Position numbers and translations under genes: made by a program. A DNA stretch of 64,000 bases from Salinispira sp. (GTDB lineage Bacteria > Spirochaetota > Spirochaetia > DSM-27196 > Salinispiraceae): the NCBI GenBank assembly GCA_965226555.1, contig CBDDDG010000021.1, forward strand, positions 224,001-288,000, in the 5' to 3' direction. Below the pieces are notes generated by a model. It searched no databases, was not told where the DNA came from, and saw only the letters and a list, made by a program, of their open reading frames with translations. Shown here piece after piece: positions 20,723 through 31,395 of this stretch; the stretch's first letter is position 1, and every line of letters begins with the position of its first letter.

Positions 20723-20977
20723 ATGAAAGAAGGAATACACCCGACATACCGTACCGTTGCCTTTAAGGATATAGCAACAGGTGAGATATTTCTGACTCGT
20801 TCAAGTGTTGAAACCGGTAAAACTGTCACACATGACGATGGAAAAAAATACCCCCTGTATGAACTCGACATATCCTCGCTATCGCATCCGTTTTTTACGG
20901 GTAAACAGCAGCTTGTAGATACTGCCGGACGGGTTGAGCGTTTTAACCGAAAGTACAGTATTAAAAAGAAGCAGTAA
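20723..20977 (+). CDS. rpmE: 50S ribosomal protein L31, type B (Cys-free)
   Basis: [27 protein letters not shown]. Confidence 0.95.
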   Translation: MKEGIHPTYRTVAFKDIATGEIFLTRSSVETGKTVTHDDGKKYPLYELDISSLSHPFFTGKQQLVDTAGRVERFNRKYSIKKKQ

Positions 20978-21015
20978 CGGGTCGTCCGCCCGCGCCCGCT
21001 ACGGGCGCCCGCCCC

Positions 21016-22722
21016 TTAGCCCGCTGCAGGGTGTCCCGTGTCCTGCCGCGCCTGCGCGCAGCTACCGCTCGTTACCGGCAATACCCGCTTTATAAGAACA
21101 AGTAGCATTCCCGCTATCACAAGCCATGCAAACCAGTCTCCGTACCGCGTATAGAAGCTTATACCCGTGTTTCTGTTTACATGAATTTCGGCCAGAAGAT
21201 ACGCCGGTTCAAACATGGGAATGTGGCTATGAATACTCCCATCGGGCATGATAATGCTGGTGAGTCCGCTGTTGGTAGCGCGGAGCAGTGGGCGCCGGGT
21301 TTCTATTGCCCGGTATCGGGCAGCAACAAAATGTTGATACTGGGCCGATTGTGTCCGCGACCATGAGTTGTTGGTAAGGTTAAGCAGCAGGTCGGCGCCA
21401 TCGTGTGCGAATGCGCGGGCATTGCCGGCAAAAGAGTCCTCAAAGCAGACGGGGGTACCGATTCTCAGCTTGCTGTCCGCAAAGTAGAGGGTGCGGATTC
21501 CTTCGCCCGGTGTCCATCCGCTTGAATACAGGCCGATGGCGTTTTCCAGAAAATTTGCGAAAAGGGGCAGGTTGGTAAGCGGAATGTGTTCGGCAAAGGG
21601 AATGAGATGAATTTTCCCGTAGTCTCCGAGAACATTCCCGCCTGAATCGAGATGAATAACCCCGTTCATATATACCCGTTCACTTCGTACAATGGGGGCG
21701 CCGGTTATGAGATCTGTGTTACTGCCTGCGAGATATTCCCTGAAGCTGATTCCGGGAGGATTTTCCGCAAAGAAGGCATTGTTCGGATTGTAGGGATAGC
21801 GAAGGCTGGTTTCACTCCAGCTTACAATATCGGGCACCCTGCCGTAGGTTCGCAGCGATTCATCAATCCCATCATTGCTCAGGCCTATCAATGTCTGGAG
21901 GGCGGAAATTTCTTCGCCCCGACTCCAGCTGTCTGCATTCTGCTGCACGAGCAGTACGATGACAGGTTCTTCATTCTCACCTTCGCCTTGTTCGAGTCGT
22001 ACATTGGTGATGCGGAAAAATCCGTAAAGATTGAATACCAGGAGTATGGCGGCTGCGCAGAGAAGATAGCGGAGAGCAGGTTCGCGAAGGCGGTTTTTGG
22101 AAGGCCGATTATTCATGGAGATGATCAGTTCTGCAATGGAAGCCTGTAGAAGAAAGATGATAAAGCTGATCGGCCATACCCCGGCAAGTTCTCCGATCTG
22201 GTTCAGGGTCAGCCAGTTGTGAAAGGGAAAGGCAGCCAGATTCCATGGGAAGGCAAGGTAGCCGCGGCTCTTGAATAACTCAAACGCAGTCCATGCCATG
22301 GCAAAGAGCAGGGGCCTGAGCCATCGATCTTGCCACTGCCACTGACCATGCCATCGATCCTGCAGCCGACCATGCCCGTGCGCGGGACGAAATTCCGAAG
22401 AACCAATGAGATAGTGGATGAGGGAAAAGAAGGCGCCGTGGAATATCATGTTGAGAATACTTACAGAACCAATTGTCCAGAGAGAATAATCGCCGAAGTT
22501 TGCCAGCCAGAAGTAATTGCTCAGCGTGGTGAGAAGAGCGTATACATAACCGGCAAAAACATTCTGACGCTTCGTGTAGCGAAGGGCAAGTATATAAAGG
22601 GGTATGAAGGAAAAAAGGCCGAAGAACCAATTGCCGCCGAGAAACAATTCATTCGGCTGAGCCAAAAAATTGCAGAGGGCTGCAAGGAAAACAAGCACTA
22701 TAATCTTACGGAAAGAATTCAT
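21016..22722 (-). CDS. lnt: apolipoprotein N-acyltransferase
   Basis: FPW, WSET, KIHLIPFAE, VCFE, TNNSW, RATNSG. Confidence 0.93.
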   Translation of the reverse strand: MNSFRKIIVLVFLAALCNFLAQPNELFLGGNWFFGLFSFIPLYILALRYTKRQNVFAGYVYALLTTLSNYFWLANFGDYSLWTIGSVSILNMIFHGAFFSLIHYLIGSSEFRPAHGHGRLQDRWHGQWQWQDRWLRPLLFAMAWTAFELFKSRGYLAFPWNLAAFPFHNWLTLNQIGELAGVWPISFIIFLLQASIAELIISMNNRPSKNRLREPALRYLLCAAAILLVFNLYGFFRITNVRLEQGEGENEEPVIVLLVQQNADSWSRGEEISALQTLIGLSNDGIDESLRTYGRVPDIVSWSETSLRYPYNPNNAFFAENPPGISFREYLAGSNTDLITGAPIVRSERVYMNGVIHLDSGGNVLGDYGKIHLIPFAEHIPLTNLPLFANFLENAIGLYSSGWTPGEGIRTLYFADSKLRIGTPVCFEDSFAGNARAFAHDGADLLLNLTNNSWSRTQSAQYQHFVAARYRAIETRRPLLRATNSGLTSIIMPDGSIHSHIPMFEPAYLLAEIHVNRNTGISFYTRYGDWFAWLVIAGMLLVLIKRVLPVTSGSCAQARQDTGHPAAG

Positions 22723-22875
22723 ACAATATAATATATCAGAAAAACAGTATTTTTCAGTAGTAAAACTTTGTTTGTGAAGTTCCGAAATATTTGAGCATTC
22801 CCTGAAGGAACTGGTATGTGAGGTTGATCTGAATGTTGATATTATCCGCTCTGCGCGCAGGCCGAGCGGTGATAA

Positions 22876-23172
22876 TTAATGCGATCCGTTCCGCACTGTC
22901 AGAATTTCCTCATCGCTCAGCCCGGTAATTCTCTGAACAGCCTCGGTCGACAACCCTTCCAAAAACATACTGCGGGCGTTTTTTCTCCGCTCCTCAATAT
23001 GCCCCTCCGCGCGACCTGTCTGTAGTCCTTCCTGCCGACCTGTCCGCAGTCCTTCCTGCCGACCTGTCTGAAGTCCTGTCTGAAGTCCTTCTTCGCGACC
23101 TGTTCGCAGTCCTTCCTGCCGACCCATTTCCGCAATGCGCGCTTTGAATGTTTCCGCATTCATTCTGAACAT
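22876..23172 (-). CDS. intragenic small Rpn protein, 98 aa
   Basis: Same TAAGGAGGT-N7-ATG. Confidence 0.7.
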   Translation of the reverse strand: MFRMNAETFKARIAEMGRQEGLRTGREEGLQTGLQTGRQEGLRTGRQEGLQTGRAEGHIEERRKNARSMFLEGLSTEAVQRITGLSDEEILTVRNGSH

Positions 23173-23688
23173 TTTTGCTACCTCCTTACCTCTCGGTTCT
23201 TTTGTTCTTTCTAACTGGTTCATTAGCGTGTCAAAGTCTATAACAATTCCGAACATCGAATCTACCACGCCGATAAATTCCTTTATCAGCTCCAGCGATT
23301 CTTCATTCAGCATTTCTGCTATCGCTTTCTCCACCTTCTGAATGTCCCAATCCGTATTCAGCAGATTTTTCGAGTACAGATCAAGGTACATAACAGCCGC
23401 AAACATTCTTCCCCGCTGCTGCAACTGCTCCGCAGAATAATCGCTCTCGCTAATAAGATCATAAGGAAAAGGAGCAAGATACTGCGGGAATTTCCGCTTC
23501 CGTTGCTTTCTGACATTCCCGGGCACCTTCCATTTTCGCGTTCCATTATAGAACACAATGGGCAGAAATACCACCTCGCAGTCATCGGGAATTGCTCCCG
23601 AGCGGTGAATGTTCCGGTAGAGCAGATTCGTGTACTCCGACATGCGGAGGGGCATGTCTTTGTCCACTCCAGACTGATGCTCAAGGAG
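22876..23688 (-). pseudogene. Rpn copy 2, 5' part removed at IS junction
   Basis: Identity to copy 3 stops exactly at 23688 (LLEHQS). Confidence 0.9.
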
Positions 23689-24940
23689 TGGGATATAAAC
23701 CTTTGGACAGACCCCTCCTCCCCAGTGTAAAACGAAGGTTATTCGTATACACTGGGGGTTGTATAAAACATAAAAGGAGGGAAACAGTGAACAGTAGTAT
23801 CACATATTCTCAGTATCATCTCAAGTCTCGGAAGTATCAGGCGGCTTCGATGTATGATTGGCGGTTGCGGATGGTTCGGTATGCCCAGGAGCATTCGATC
23901 AAGGCGGCTGCTCGGGAGTTCGAGGTGTCGCGCAACACGGTGCGGCGGTGGGTTCGGCGCTTTGAATCCGGCGAGGGGCTTGAAGACAAAAAGCGGGGCA
24001 CGACCAATCATCCGATGAAGATGAAATTCGGGCACCGGTGTCATCTCGAGAGTCTTGCCCAGACCAAGAATCGGAATCACAACAAAATCATTGGAACGCA
24101 GGTGCAAAAGCAGTTGAAGGCGGAAGTTGGCGGGAAGTACAGCCTGCCGACGATTATCAAGACGCTAAAGCAGATAGGGGCGCAGAAAACAAAGAAGCCG
24201 AAGGCGCGGCCCAAGAGAGATTTGCGGGAGGTAACCGACAGGATGAAGTTCGGCGAGTGCATTCAGATTGATATCAAGTATCTGACGGACATTCCCGCTA
24301 TGCGGTTTTCTCAGAAGTGTTTAGACGTTCCGAAGTACCAGATAACTGCCCGGGATCGGGCGACAGGGGCTCTGTGGTACGCCTTTGCCAATGAGAAGAG
24401 CAGTATGGTAACAACCTTGTTCGCCGAGTACCTGCTGGAGCACCTGCGGAATCATGACGGAGACCTTGCCAAGGACATAACGGTTCAGACCGATAACGGG
24501 GCAGAGTTCACCGTTCGACATCTGAGCAAAACCCGAACATCGGGGTTTGAGCAGGCGCTCATACAGGCGGGTGTCGAGTATCGGCGTATTCCGCCCGGGC
24601 ATTGCACATGGAACAGTTCTGTCGAGTCCTCGCACCGGCTCATTGAGGATGAGTTCTACAGTCAGGTGATGAATCCAAAGCTCAATGAGTTTCTTAAGGA
24701 AGCCGAGGAGTATCAGATAGATTTCAATTACCGGCGGTTCAACACCTACCGCAAAGGGACTCCGCTGGATCTTTTGAGGCAGCGGAATACCGATGTGGAT
24801 AGTGATATTCTCCGGCTCAAGCCGATCATAATGGAGCAACGGCTCACACGGCCGACGCTTGAGCGATGGAGGGCTTGGCACTCGGAAGAAATGATCGCAT
24901 AATAGGTCAAAGTGGGGTCTGTTCAAACCTTAATATCCCA
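23689..24940 (+). mobile_element. 1252-bp IS481-like insertion sequence
   Basis: 27-bp imperfect TIRs TGGGATATAAACCTTTGGACAGACCCC / TGGGATATTAAGGTTTGAACAGACCCC; no TSD. Confidence 0.9.
23787..24902 (+). CDS. DDE transposase (HTH + rve), IS481-like
   Basis: AAAREFEVSRNTVRRW; IQID, QTDNGAEF, NSSVESSHR; AGGAGG before GTG. Confidence 0.9.
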   Translation: MNSSITYSQYHLKSRKYQAASMYDWRLRMVRYAQEHSIKAAAREFEVSRNTVRRWVRRFESGEGLEDKKRGTTNHPMKMKFGHRCHLESLAQTKNRNHNKIIGTQVQKQLKAEVGGKYSLPTIIKTLKQIGAQKTKKPKARPKRDLREVTDRMKFGECIQIDIKYLTDIPAMRFSQKCLDVPKYQITARDRATGALWYAFANEKSSMVTTLFAEYLLEHLRNHDGDLAKDITVQTDNGAEFTVRHLSKTRTSGFEQALIQAGVEYRRIPPGHCTWNSSVESSHRLIEDEFYSQVMNPKLNEFLKEAEEYQIDFNYRRFNTYRKGTPLDLLRQRNTDVDSDILRLKPIIMEQRLTRPTLERWRAWHSEEMIA

Positions 24941-24959
24941 TTCTCATAATCATGATTAC

Positions 24960-24988
24960 TTGATACTTACGATAAAGTACGATACTAT
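24960..24988 (+). promoter_or_regulatory. sigma70 promoter upstream of surE-clp operon
   Basis: TTGATA-N17-TACTAT. Confidence 0.6.
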
Positions 24989-24990
24989 AA

Positions 24991-25116
24991 GAAACTTTTG
25001 CATTGGAAAATTGCGCTTGCGCAATTTCCAGTAGCCAAAGTTTCCGATCTGGAATGCTTTCTTTGTGCTTAGCATTCTCCTATTTTATAGAAAGTTTTGC
25101 ATTTTGCAAAACTTTG
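24991..25116 (-). mobile_element. 126-bp MITE-like element with perfect 5-bp TSD
   Basis: TATAA at 24986-24990 and 25117-25121. Confidence 0.9.
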
Positions 25117-25174
25117 TATAATAGAAAGAAAGTTTTGCACTGTTCTGCAATTTTCCTGGGGGGAGGGGCAGGAA

Positions 25175-25767
25175 ATGAAAATACTCTTGACCAACGATGA
25201 CGGATTTTTTAGCCCCGGTCTTCAATCCCTTAAACGGGTATTTGTCGATGCCGGTCATGATCTGTGGATAGTTGCGCCGGACAGCGACCGAAGCGGCATG
25301 TCTCATTACATTACTGTGGGCGATACCATACGGGTACGGCTGCCGCAGCGCGGCAGGGCGCGTGTATGAATGTTCCTTCGGTTGCTGTCAGTATCTGTAA
25401 CAATGGCGCATCGTATCATTTCTCTCCGCTGGCTCAGGCAGTGGAGGAGAACCTCGCGCAATTCATTGCATTATGGGATCCGAGTCATTTTATCAATATT
25501 AATGGACCGAATCATGCAGCCGGCCCACGGAACATAGTGCTTACTCATCTCTGCCTCAGAGTATACAGTGAATCTCCCGTTCTTCTTGATCTGCCTAGCG
25601 GCGATCAGTGTTGGTTTCTTGAAGGAAAACCTGCCTGCCAAGAGAGTGATCCCGGTTCCGATTTTGAAGCAGTGCAGAATGGTCATATTTCTCTCAGCCC
25701 CGTCTACACCCAACCGGTAACACATACTGTTAATCGGCGGTATGAGGCTGCGTATACCAGAGGATAG
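25175..25767 (+). pseudogene. surE: SurE nucleotidase with internal deletion and frameshift
   Basis: MKILLTNDDG..VAPDSDRSG.SH joined out of frame to GTAAAARQG..PSVAVS; GTPADC and SGIN motifs missing. Confidence 0.9.
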
Positions 25768-25770
25768 AAT

Positions 25771-26433
25771 ATGGAAAAAGGTATCCGCCTGTATAAACAG
25801 GGTAAATTTGAGGAAGCATTACGGTACTTTAAGGGACTGAAAAGCAGTAAGGATAGTTCATATTATCTTGGACTTTCCTATGTTCAGCTTGAGCAGTATG
25901 ATGAGGCGCTCGCATATCTGGAAGATGCCATTGAAAAAACAGATGACTTTACCCAAATATATCAAAGCCGGATGGTTGTGGGGTATCTTTATGTTGCGAC
26001 CAAACGGTATCGGCTTGCCGAGTTTGAATTTCAGTATCTTCTCGACGAGGGCTATGAAAGCTCAAAGGTATATGCGGCTCTCGGATATATATACTTTAAG
26101 CAGGGAAATGTTCCGGCCGGCATTCGGAATCTGGAAAAGGCTGTTACTCTCGATCCGGAAAATCCGACAGCCCTGAATTCGCTTGCCTTCATTATGGCCA
26201 ATGAAGATATTCGCATTCCTGTTGCGCTCAGTTACATTCGGCGAGCATTGACACGCAAACCGCAGAATCCTGCTTATCTGGATACTCTGGGGTGGATACT
26301 ATTCAAAAATGGTGAATATCATAAGGCCCGCCAGATTCTTCAGAAGGCCTGTGAACTTGCCCCTGAGAACATTGAAATAAAAATGCATTATGCAAAAGTA
26401 GAAGAGAGTATAATGACCGGAAAAAAACCATGA
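25771..26433 (+). CDS. TPR protein
   Basis: Multiple TPRs; NPAYLDTLGW. Confidence 0.9.
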   Translation: MEKGIRLYKQGKFEEALRYFKGLKSSKDSSYYLGLSYVQLEQYDEALAYLEDAIEKTDDFTQIYQSRMVVGYLYVATKRYRLAEFEFQYLLDEGYESSKVYAALGYIYFKQGNVPAGIRNLEKAVTLDPENPTALNSLAFIMANEDIRIPVALSYIRRALTRKPQNPAYLDTLGWILFKNGEYHKARQILQKACELAPENIEIKMHYAKVEESIMTGKKP

Positions 26434-28490
26434 GCGCTCCAATAGTAAAAGCTTCTCTGCCGGTATGTTTCTTTCTCATGAACATATGTATGGTTTCTGC
26501 TCAGGTAGATTTTAATGAACTCAATTTTCAGGATGCCTTCCGCGAAGGAGTTGTGTTCTTTCACAGGGGTAATTTTAACGAGTCCATTCTTTCCCTGCAG
26601 AAGAGCCTGGGCTTTATGCCGGATAATTATCGTGCACGGGAGTGGCTCGGCAGAGCCTACTATTTTTCCGGATATGAAGACGCTGCCCTCAATGAATGGC
26701 GCAGAATTGAAAGCCGGTCGCCGCCCTTTCTCCGGAGTTTTATCGAATCAATAGAAGCGCGCCGGAGCCTAGCAGAAGAGCTGGGAGAAGACCGCGATTT
26801 TCTCATTATTGAGGAATTTACGGAAGAGGAATATGCCTCGGGAGTAGTTAATCCGGGAGCCATGATGGCAGACGGGAACGGTAACTTCTTTATTAATTCA
26901 TTCGGAACCAACAACATCAATCATATTAACCAGAACGGACAGCTGCTCAGAAACCTTGCCGGCGGGCTGAAACCTCTCAGCGGCCCCTTCGATATTGCGA
27001 TATATGAGGATCGCCTCTATGTAACAAATTTTCTCGGCGACTATATTTCCGTGCTCAATTCCGTCGGTAATACGATTACAACATTCGGTTCCGCCGGAAT
27101 TGCCGGGGGAGAATTTCTCGGCCCCCAGTACCTGAGCATATCTGAGGAACCTGCCCTGTATGTATCGGATGTGGGAAACCAGCGGGTAACGAAGTTCACG
27201 CTCAATGGTACATTTCTCTTCCATTTCGGTGAACCGCAGGCATTCAGAAACAGCCCTGAAATTTTTGAGGGCTTCTCGGGAATTGGCGGTCTCGCCGCAG
27301 GAAAGGATGGGGTATATGTTGCCGATAACCTTCCCGATTATTCCGAGCTGCTGTATTTTGACAAGGATGGGAATGTTCTTGAACGGTTTGTTCTGGATGA
27401 TGTTTCAATGATAGAGGATCTTACTCTTCTGGATGATGGGAGCATTGTTATTACCAGTAGAACAACCGTGTATATGTTTGATCCTGAGAACCTTTCTGTT
27501 GAGGTATTATATGAGAGTAATGAAAATGTGAATGCCCAGTTTGTTTCAGCAGGGTTTGACGATAATAATAATCTTCTCATCAGCGATTTCCGTAATAATC
27601 GCATTCTCTTTTTATCCCGCCTGTCGGGAGTATACTCGGGATATCAGGTTGAAATTCACAGAATTGATGCATCCGATTTTCCGAATGTTTTTGTTGAATT
27701 GTCGGTGCGCGATGCGCTCGGCAATGACATTATTGGTCTTCAGGAAGAGAATCTTGTCTTTACGGAAAATGGTTTTTCCGCGGCTGGTCACCGCCTGGAA
27801 TACAGCGGTTCATTTGATACCGTTTCCAGTGTTGCCTTTATTATTGAGGCCTCAGGCAGAAGGAATGATCCGGAATTTCAGGCATGGCAGAATGAGGGAG
27901 TGTTTCAGGCGCTCGAATTGTTGCCGGAAGATTCAGATGTACGAATTTTTTCTGCTGGTCTGTCACCGGTAATGGAGTATGCTCGAAACAGCAATCCTGC
28001 TGACATTCCTGCTGTTATGCGTTCCATGAGCGCGGACAGGGAGTGGAAACTTGATCTGGCCATTCGTCTTGCCGGCGACCGTCTCCTCCTGGATCAGAGT
28101 AAGCGGGAAATTATTTTTGTGAGCAGCGGAAGACTGCCGGACTGGGCCTTCGATACCATCGGACTCTCCGAAACTCTGGCATATCTCAGGAACAATCATA
28201 TACGCTTCAATGTTATTGATAGTTCACCGCTTTCGGGCGATGTAGACCCCGCGTTGAAGTATCTTGTTGAAAATACCGGCGGGAATACGTATATTATTAA
28301 CAGAACTCAGGGCATAGGTGAGCTTGGGCAGGACCTGCTTCAGCGCCGTACTGGTTTATATACATTCGGTTTACGCTCCGGGCTCGAAAATCGCTTTGGA
28401 CGTGAATATCTTCCGCTTGAAGTTGAGGTTGTTCATTTTACCAAAAGCGGCCGGGATGAATTAGGTTATTTTTCCCCGCTTGAATTTTAG
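26430..28490 (+). CDS. exported TPR + NHL beta-propeller + vWA-like protein
   Basis: Signal peptide; LYVSDVGNQRV NHL repeats; IDASDFPNV; LVENTGG. Confidence 0.75.
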   Translation: MSAPIVKASLPVCFFLMNICMVSAQVDFNELNFQDAFREGVVFFHRGNFNESILSLQKSLGFMPDNYRAREWLGRAYYFSGYEDAALNEWRRIESRSPPFLRSFIESIEARRSLAEELGEDRDFLIIEEFTEEEYASGVVNPGAMMADGNGNFFINSFGTNNINHINQNGQLLRNLAGGLKPLSGPFDIAIYEDRLYVTNFLGDYISVLNSVGNTITTFGSAGIAGGEFLGPQYLSISEEPALYVSDVGNQRVTKFTLNGTFLFHFGEPQAFRNSPEIFEGFSGIGGLAAGKDGVYVADNLPDYSELLYFDKDGNVLERFVLDDVSMIEDLTLLDDGSIVITSRTTVYMFDPENLSVEVLYESNENVNAQFVSAGFDDNNNLLISDFRNNRILFLSRLSGVYSGYQVEIHRIDASDFPNVFVELSVRDALGNDIIGLQEENLVFTENGFSAAGHRLEYSGSFDTVSSVAFIIEASGRRNDPEFQAWQNEGVFQALELLPEDSDVRIFSAGLSPVMEYARNSNPADIPAVMRSMSADREWKLDLAIRLAGDRLLLDQSKREIIFVSSGRLPDWAFDTIGLSETLAYLRNNHIRFNVIDSSPLSGDVDPALKYLVENTGGNTYIINRTQGIGELGQDLLQRRTGLYTFGLRSGLENRFGREYLPLEVEVVHFTKSGRDELGYFSPLEF

Positions 28491-28497
28491 GGACTCT

Positions 28498-28809
28498 ATG
28501 GATTTTGGGGCTTTTGGACAGAGCGAATTACAGACAAAGAAAAAAATAAAGATAAAGAAACCCGACATGTATAAGGTTATTATGATGAATGATGATTATA
28601 CAACCATGGAATTTGTCGTGGAAGTACTCATGAATGTTTTTCGGAAAAATTCTGCGGATGCCCAGAAAATTATGATCACCATCCATGAGAAGGGCGCGGG
28701 AGAAGTTGGGGTATATACCTACGACATTGCGCAGAGTAAAATACAGCAGGTTCATAGCGCTGCGAAGGCCAATGAATATCCGCTCCGCTGCAATGTTGAA
28801 AAGGCCTGA
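28498..28809 (+). CDS. clpS: Clp protease adaptor
   Basis: YKVIMMNDDYTTMEFVV..YPLRC. Confidence 0.96.
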   Translation: MDFGAFGQSELQTKKKIKIKKPDMYKVIMMNDDYTTMEFVVEVLMNVFRKNSADAQKIMITIHEKGAGEVGVYTYDIAQSKIQQVHSAAKANEYPLRCNVEKA

Positions 28810-28833
28810 GAGAAAATTCACGGAAGGGAAAAT

Positions 28834-31395
28834 ATGAAAGTTAGTTCTGAAGTTCAGAGTATATTTCAATCGGCCTATAAGGAAGCATTAACATGGTCTC
28901 ATGAATTTCTTACCCCTGAGCATGTATTGTATGCTGCCCTTCATTTTCCCTATCCGCGTGAAGTAATTGATAAATGCGGGGCCAAGCCGGACAGTATCCG
29001 TGAACAACTTCGTTCCTTTCTTATGGAAAATACCCCCTCTGTGGATAACACGGAACCTCTTTCTTCAAATTCTTTCGATCAGGTTTTCAGAAGAGCCGCC
29101 CTGCATAGTTTTCAAGTTGGACGTGAAACTCTTGAACCCGGCGATATTCTGGTATCGCTGTTTGAAGAACCGGAAAGTCATGGGCGCTATTTTCTTGAAG
29201 AAGCGGGAATTAACAGAGTGAAACTTCTCAGTGTCATTAGTCATATTCTTGGCCGCAGTGAAGAAGAAATGAAAAAAAAGACTTTTGAAGAAATTGAGGA
29301 TGGTTCTTCTGAGGAGCGTGATGATTATCATTCCGGGGAATCTGGTGAATCCGATGTATCCGGCGAAGAACATGCGGGCGGCAGAGGCAGAAAAAAGATC
29401 CGAAATAGGGCTATTAAAACCTTCACCCGTAACCTCATTGAGGCAGCCGCGAAGAATGAGATAGACCCCATTATTGGACGGCATGAAGAACTTGAACGCC
29501 TCATGCAGGTACTAATGCGGCGCGTCAAAAATAACCCTGTGCTCGTGGGCAAGCCCGGCGTTGGAAAAACCGCCATTGCGGAGGGGTTGGCAATGAGCAT
29601 CCATAAGAAGGAGATACCCGATCTTCTCAGGAATTATCAGGTTCTTTCTCTCGATATGGGAGCCCTTGTTGCCGGAACCCGTTTCCGGGGCGATTTTGAG
29701 GAGCGTCTGAAATTTCTCATGAAGGAAGTGGAATCGCTTAAGCGTGTCATCCTCTTTATTGATGAGCTTCATACCGTTGTCGGAACGGGTTCTGCCTCAG
29801 GCAGCATGGATGCCTCCAATATGCTCAAACCTGCCCTCGCTTCGGGAAAAATTCGCATTATCGGCGCCACAACTCAGGAGGAGTACCGCCGTTTTATTGA
29901 AAAGGACCACGCGCTTGAACGCCGCTTTCAAAGCATAGAAGTTCCCGAACCCTCCATGGAAGATGCCGTGGAAATTCTCAAAGGGCTCCGTTCGGCCTAT
30001 GAGGATTATCATCATGTCCGCTATAGTGATGATATTCTGCAGCAGGCGGTCGAGCTTTCAGACCAGTACATTAATGAGCGGTATCTGCCCGATAAGGCCA
30101 TTGATGTCATAGATGAAATTGGCGCTCTTATCCGCCTCCGCACATTCAAGGAATTACCGGAAAACCCAGCGAATGCCGATGGGGCGGCGACTCCAGCGAC
30201 TCCGGCGAAGCCAGATGGGGCGGCGACTCCGGCGACTCCAGCGAAGCGGGAAAATCTGCCGGAGAATGATCGCGATTCATGGCCTGAAATTTGCATGGAA
30301 GATGTTGAAACTGTTGTGTCGAAAATTGCCAGAGTTCCCAGAAAACGGGTGTATGGAAATGAACGGGATAAGCTCAGGGAGCTTGAGGAACATATCCTGA
30401 AGTTTATTTACGGGCAGGACAATGTTGTAAAGCAGGTTGTTGAATCGATCAAGCGGAGTAGGGCAGGGTTTCGGAAGGGAAGTCGGCCGGTTGCCAATTT
30501 TCTCTTTGTGGGTCCGACCGGGGTTGGTAAGACGGAGCTTGCCCGTCAGCTTGCCGAGCACATGGGGGTGCAGCTTCTTCGTTTTGATATGAGCGAATAT
30601 CAGGAACGCCACTCGGTGAGCCGTCTCATCGGCAGCCCCCCGGGATATGTCGGCTTTGAAGAGGGCGGTATGCTCATTGAAGCGGTACGGCGTAATCCGC
30701 ATGCGGTACTCCTGCTCGATGAAATTGAAAAGGCGCATTCCGATATTTATAACGTTTTCCTGCAGATTATGGACTATGCCAGCCTCACCGACAATGCAGG
30801 GCGCAAGGCCGATTTTCGAAATATAATCATTATAATGACAAGCAATGCTGGCGCCCGCGACCTTGGGAAGAATCTTATCGGCTTTGGCGAACGCATTGTT
30901 GAAGAGAGGGTCATACATGAGGCGGTTGAACGAACATTCACCCCCGAATTCCGGAATCGTCTGGATAAGGTCCTTGTATTCAAGGGCTTAAGCAAAACTG
31001 CGGTTATCGATATCGTGGAAAAGGAAATAGAGGAATTCAGCGGGCAGCTTGAAGAAAAGAATGTTCGCCTTTCAGTGAGCGATGATGTTATTGCGTGGCT
31101 TGCCGATATCGGCTACGATGAGGAGCTCGGAGCGCGCAATGTCAGCAAAGCAATTGATGACCATATACGCGTCCATTTCATAGACGAAATTCTCTTCGGC
31201 ACCCTAAAAGATGGAGGGCGCGCCGCCGTTACCCTTCAGAAAACCGGAGAAACCGGAAAAGATGAGCAGCCCATTGCCGTTGCTTTTTCCGCATCCCGAA
31301 AATCTCCCAAAAAGACCCAGCCAAAGACCCAGAAAAAGACCCTGAAAAAGAGCCCGACAAAAAAGAAGAATGCGGGAAGACCTGAATTGGTATAA
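28834..31395 (+). CDS. clpA: Clp ATPase ClpA
   Basis: Two AAA+ modules (GKPGVGKT, GPTGVGKT); follows clpS. Confidence 0.93.
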   Translation: MKVSSEVQSIFQSAYKEALTWSHEFLTPEHVLYAALHFPYPREVIDKCGAKPDSIREQLRSFLMENTPSVDNTEPLSSNSFDQVFRRAALHSFQVGRETLEPGDILVSLFEEPESHGRYFLEEAGINRVKLLSVISHILGRSEEEMKKKTFEEIEDGSSEERDDYHSGESGESDVSGEEHAGGRGRKKIRNRAIKTFTRNLIEAAAKNEIDPIIGRHEELERLMQVLMRRVKNNPVLVGKPGVGKTAIAEGLAMSIHKKEIPDLLRNYQVLSLDMGALVAGTRFRGDFEERLKFLMKEVESLKRVILFIDELHTVVGTGSASGSMDASNMLKPALASGKIRIIGATTQEEYRRFIEKDHALERRFQSIEVPEPSMEDAVEILKGLRSAYEDYHHVRYSDDILQQAVELSDQYINERYLPDKAIDVIDEIGALIRLRTFKELPENPANADGAATPATPAKPDGAATPATPAKRENLPENDRDSWPEICMEDVETVVSKIARVPRKRVYGNERDKLRELEEHILKFIYGQDNVVKQVVESIKRSRAGFRKGSRPVANFLFVGPTGVGKTELARQLAEHMGVQLLRFDMSEYQERHSVSRLIGSPPGYVGFEEGGMLIEAVRRNPHAVLLLDEIEKAHSDIYNVFLQIMDYASLTDNAGRKADFRNIIIIMTSNAGARDLGKNLIGFGERIVEERVIHEAVERTFTPEFRNRLDKVLVFKGLSKTAVIDIVEKEIEEFSGQLEEKNVRLSVSDDVIAWLADIGYDEELGARNVSKAIDDHIRVHFIDEILFGTLKDGGRAAVTLQKTGETGKDEQPIAVAFSASRKSPKKTQPKTQKKTLKKSPTKKKNAGRPELV

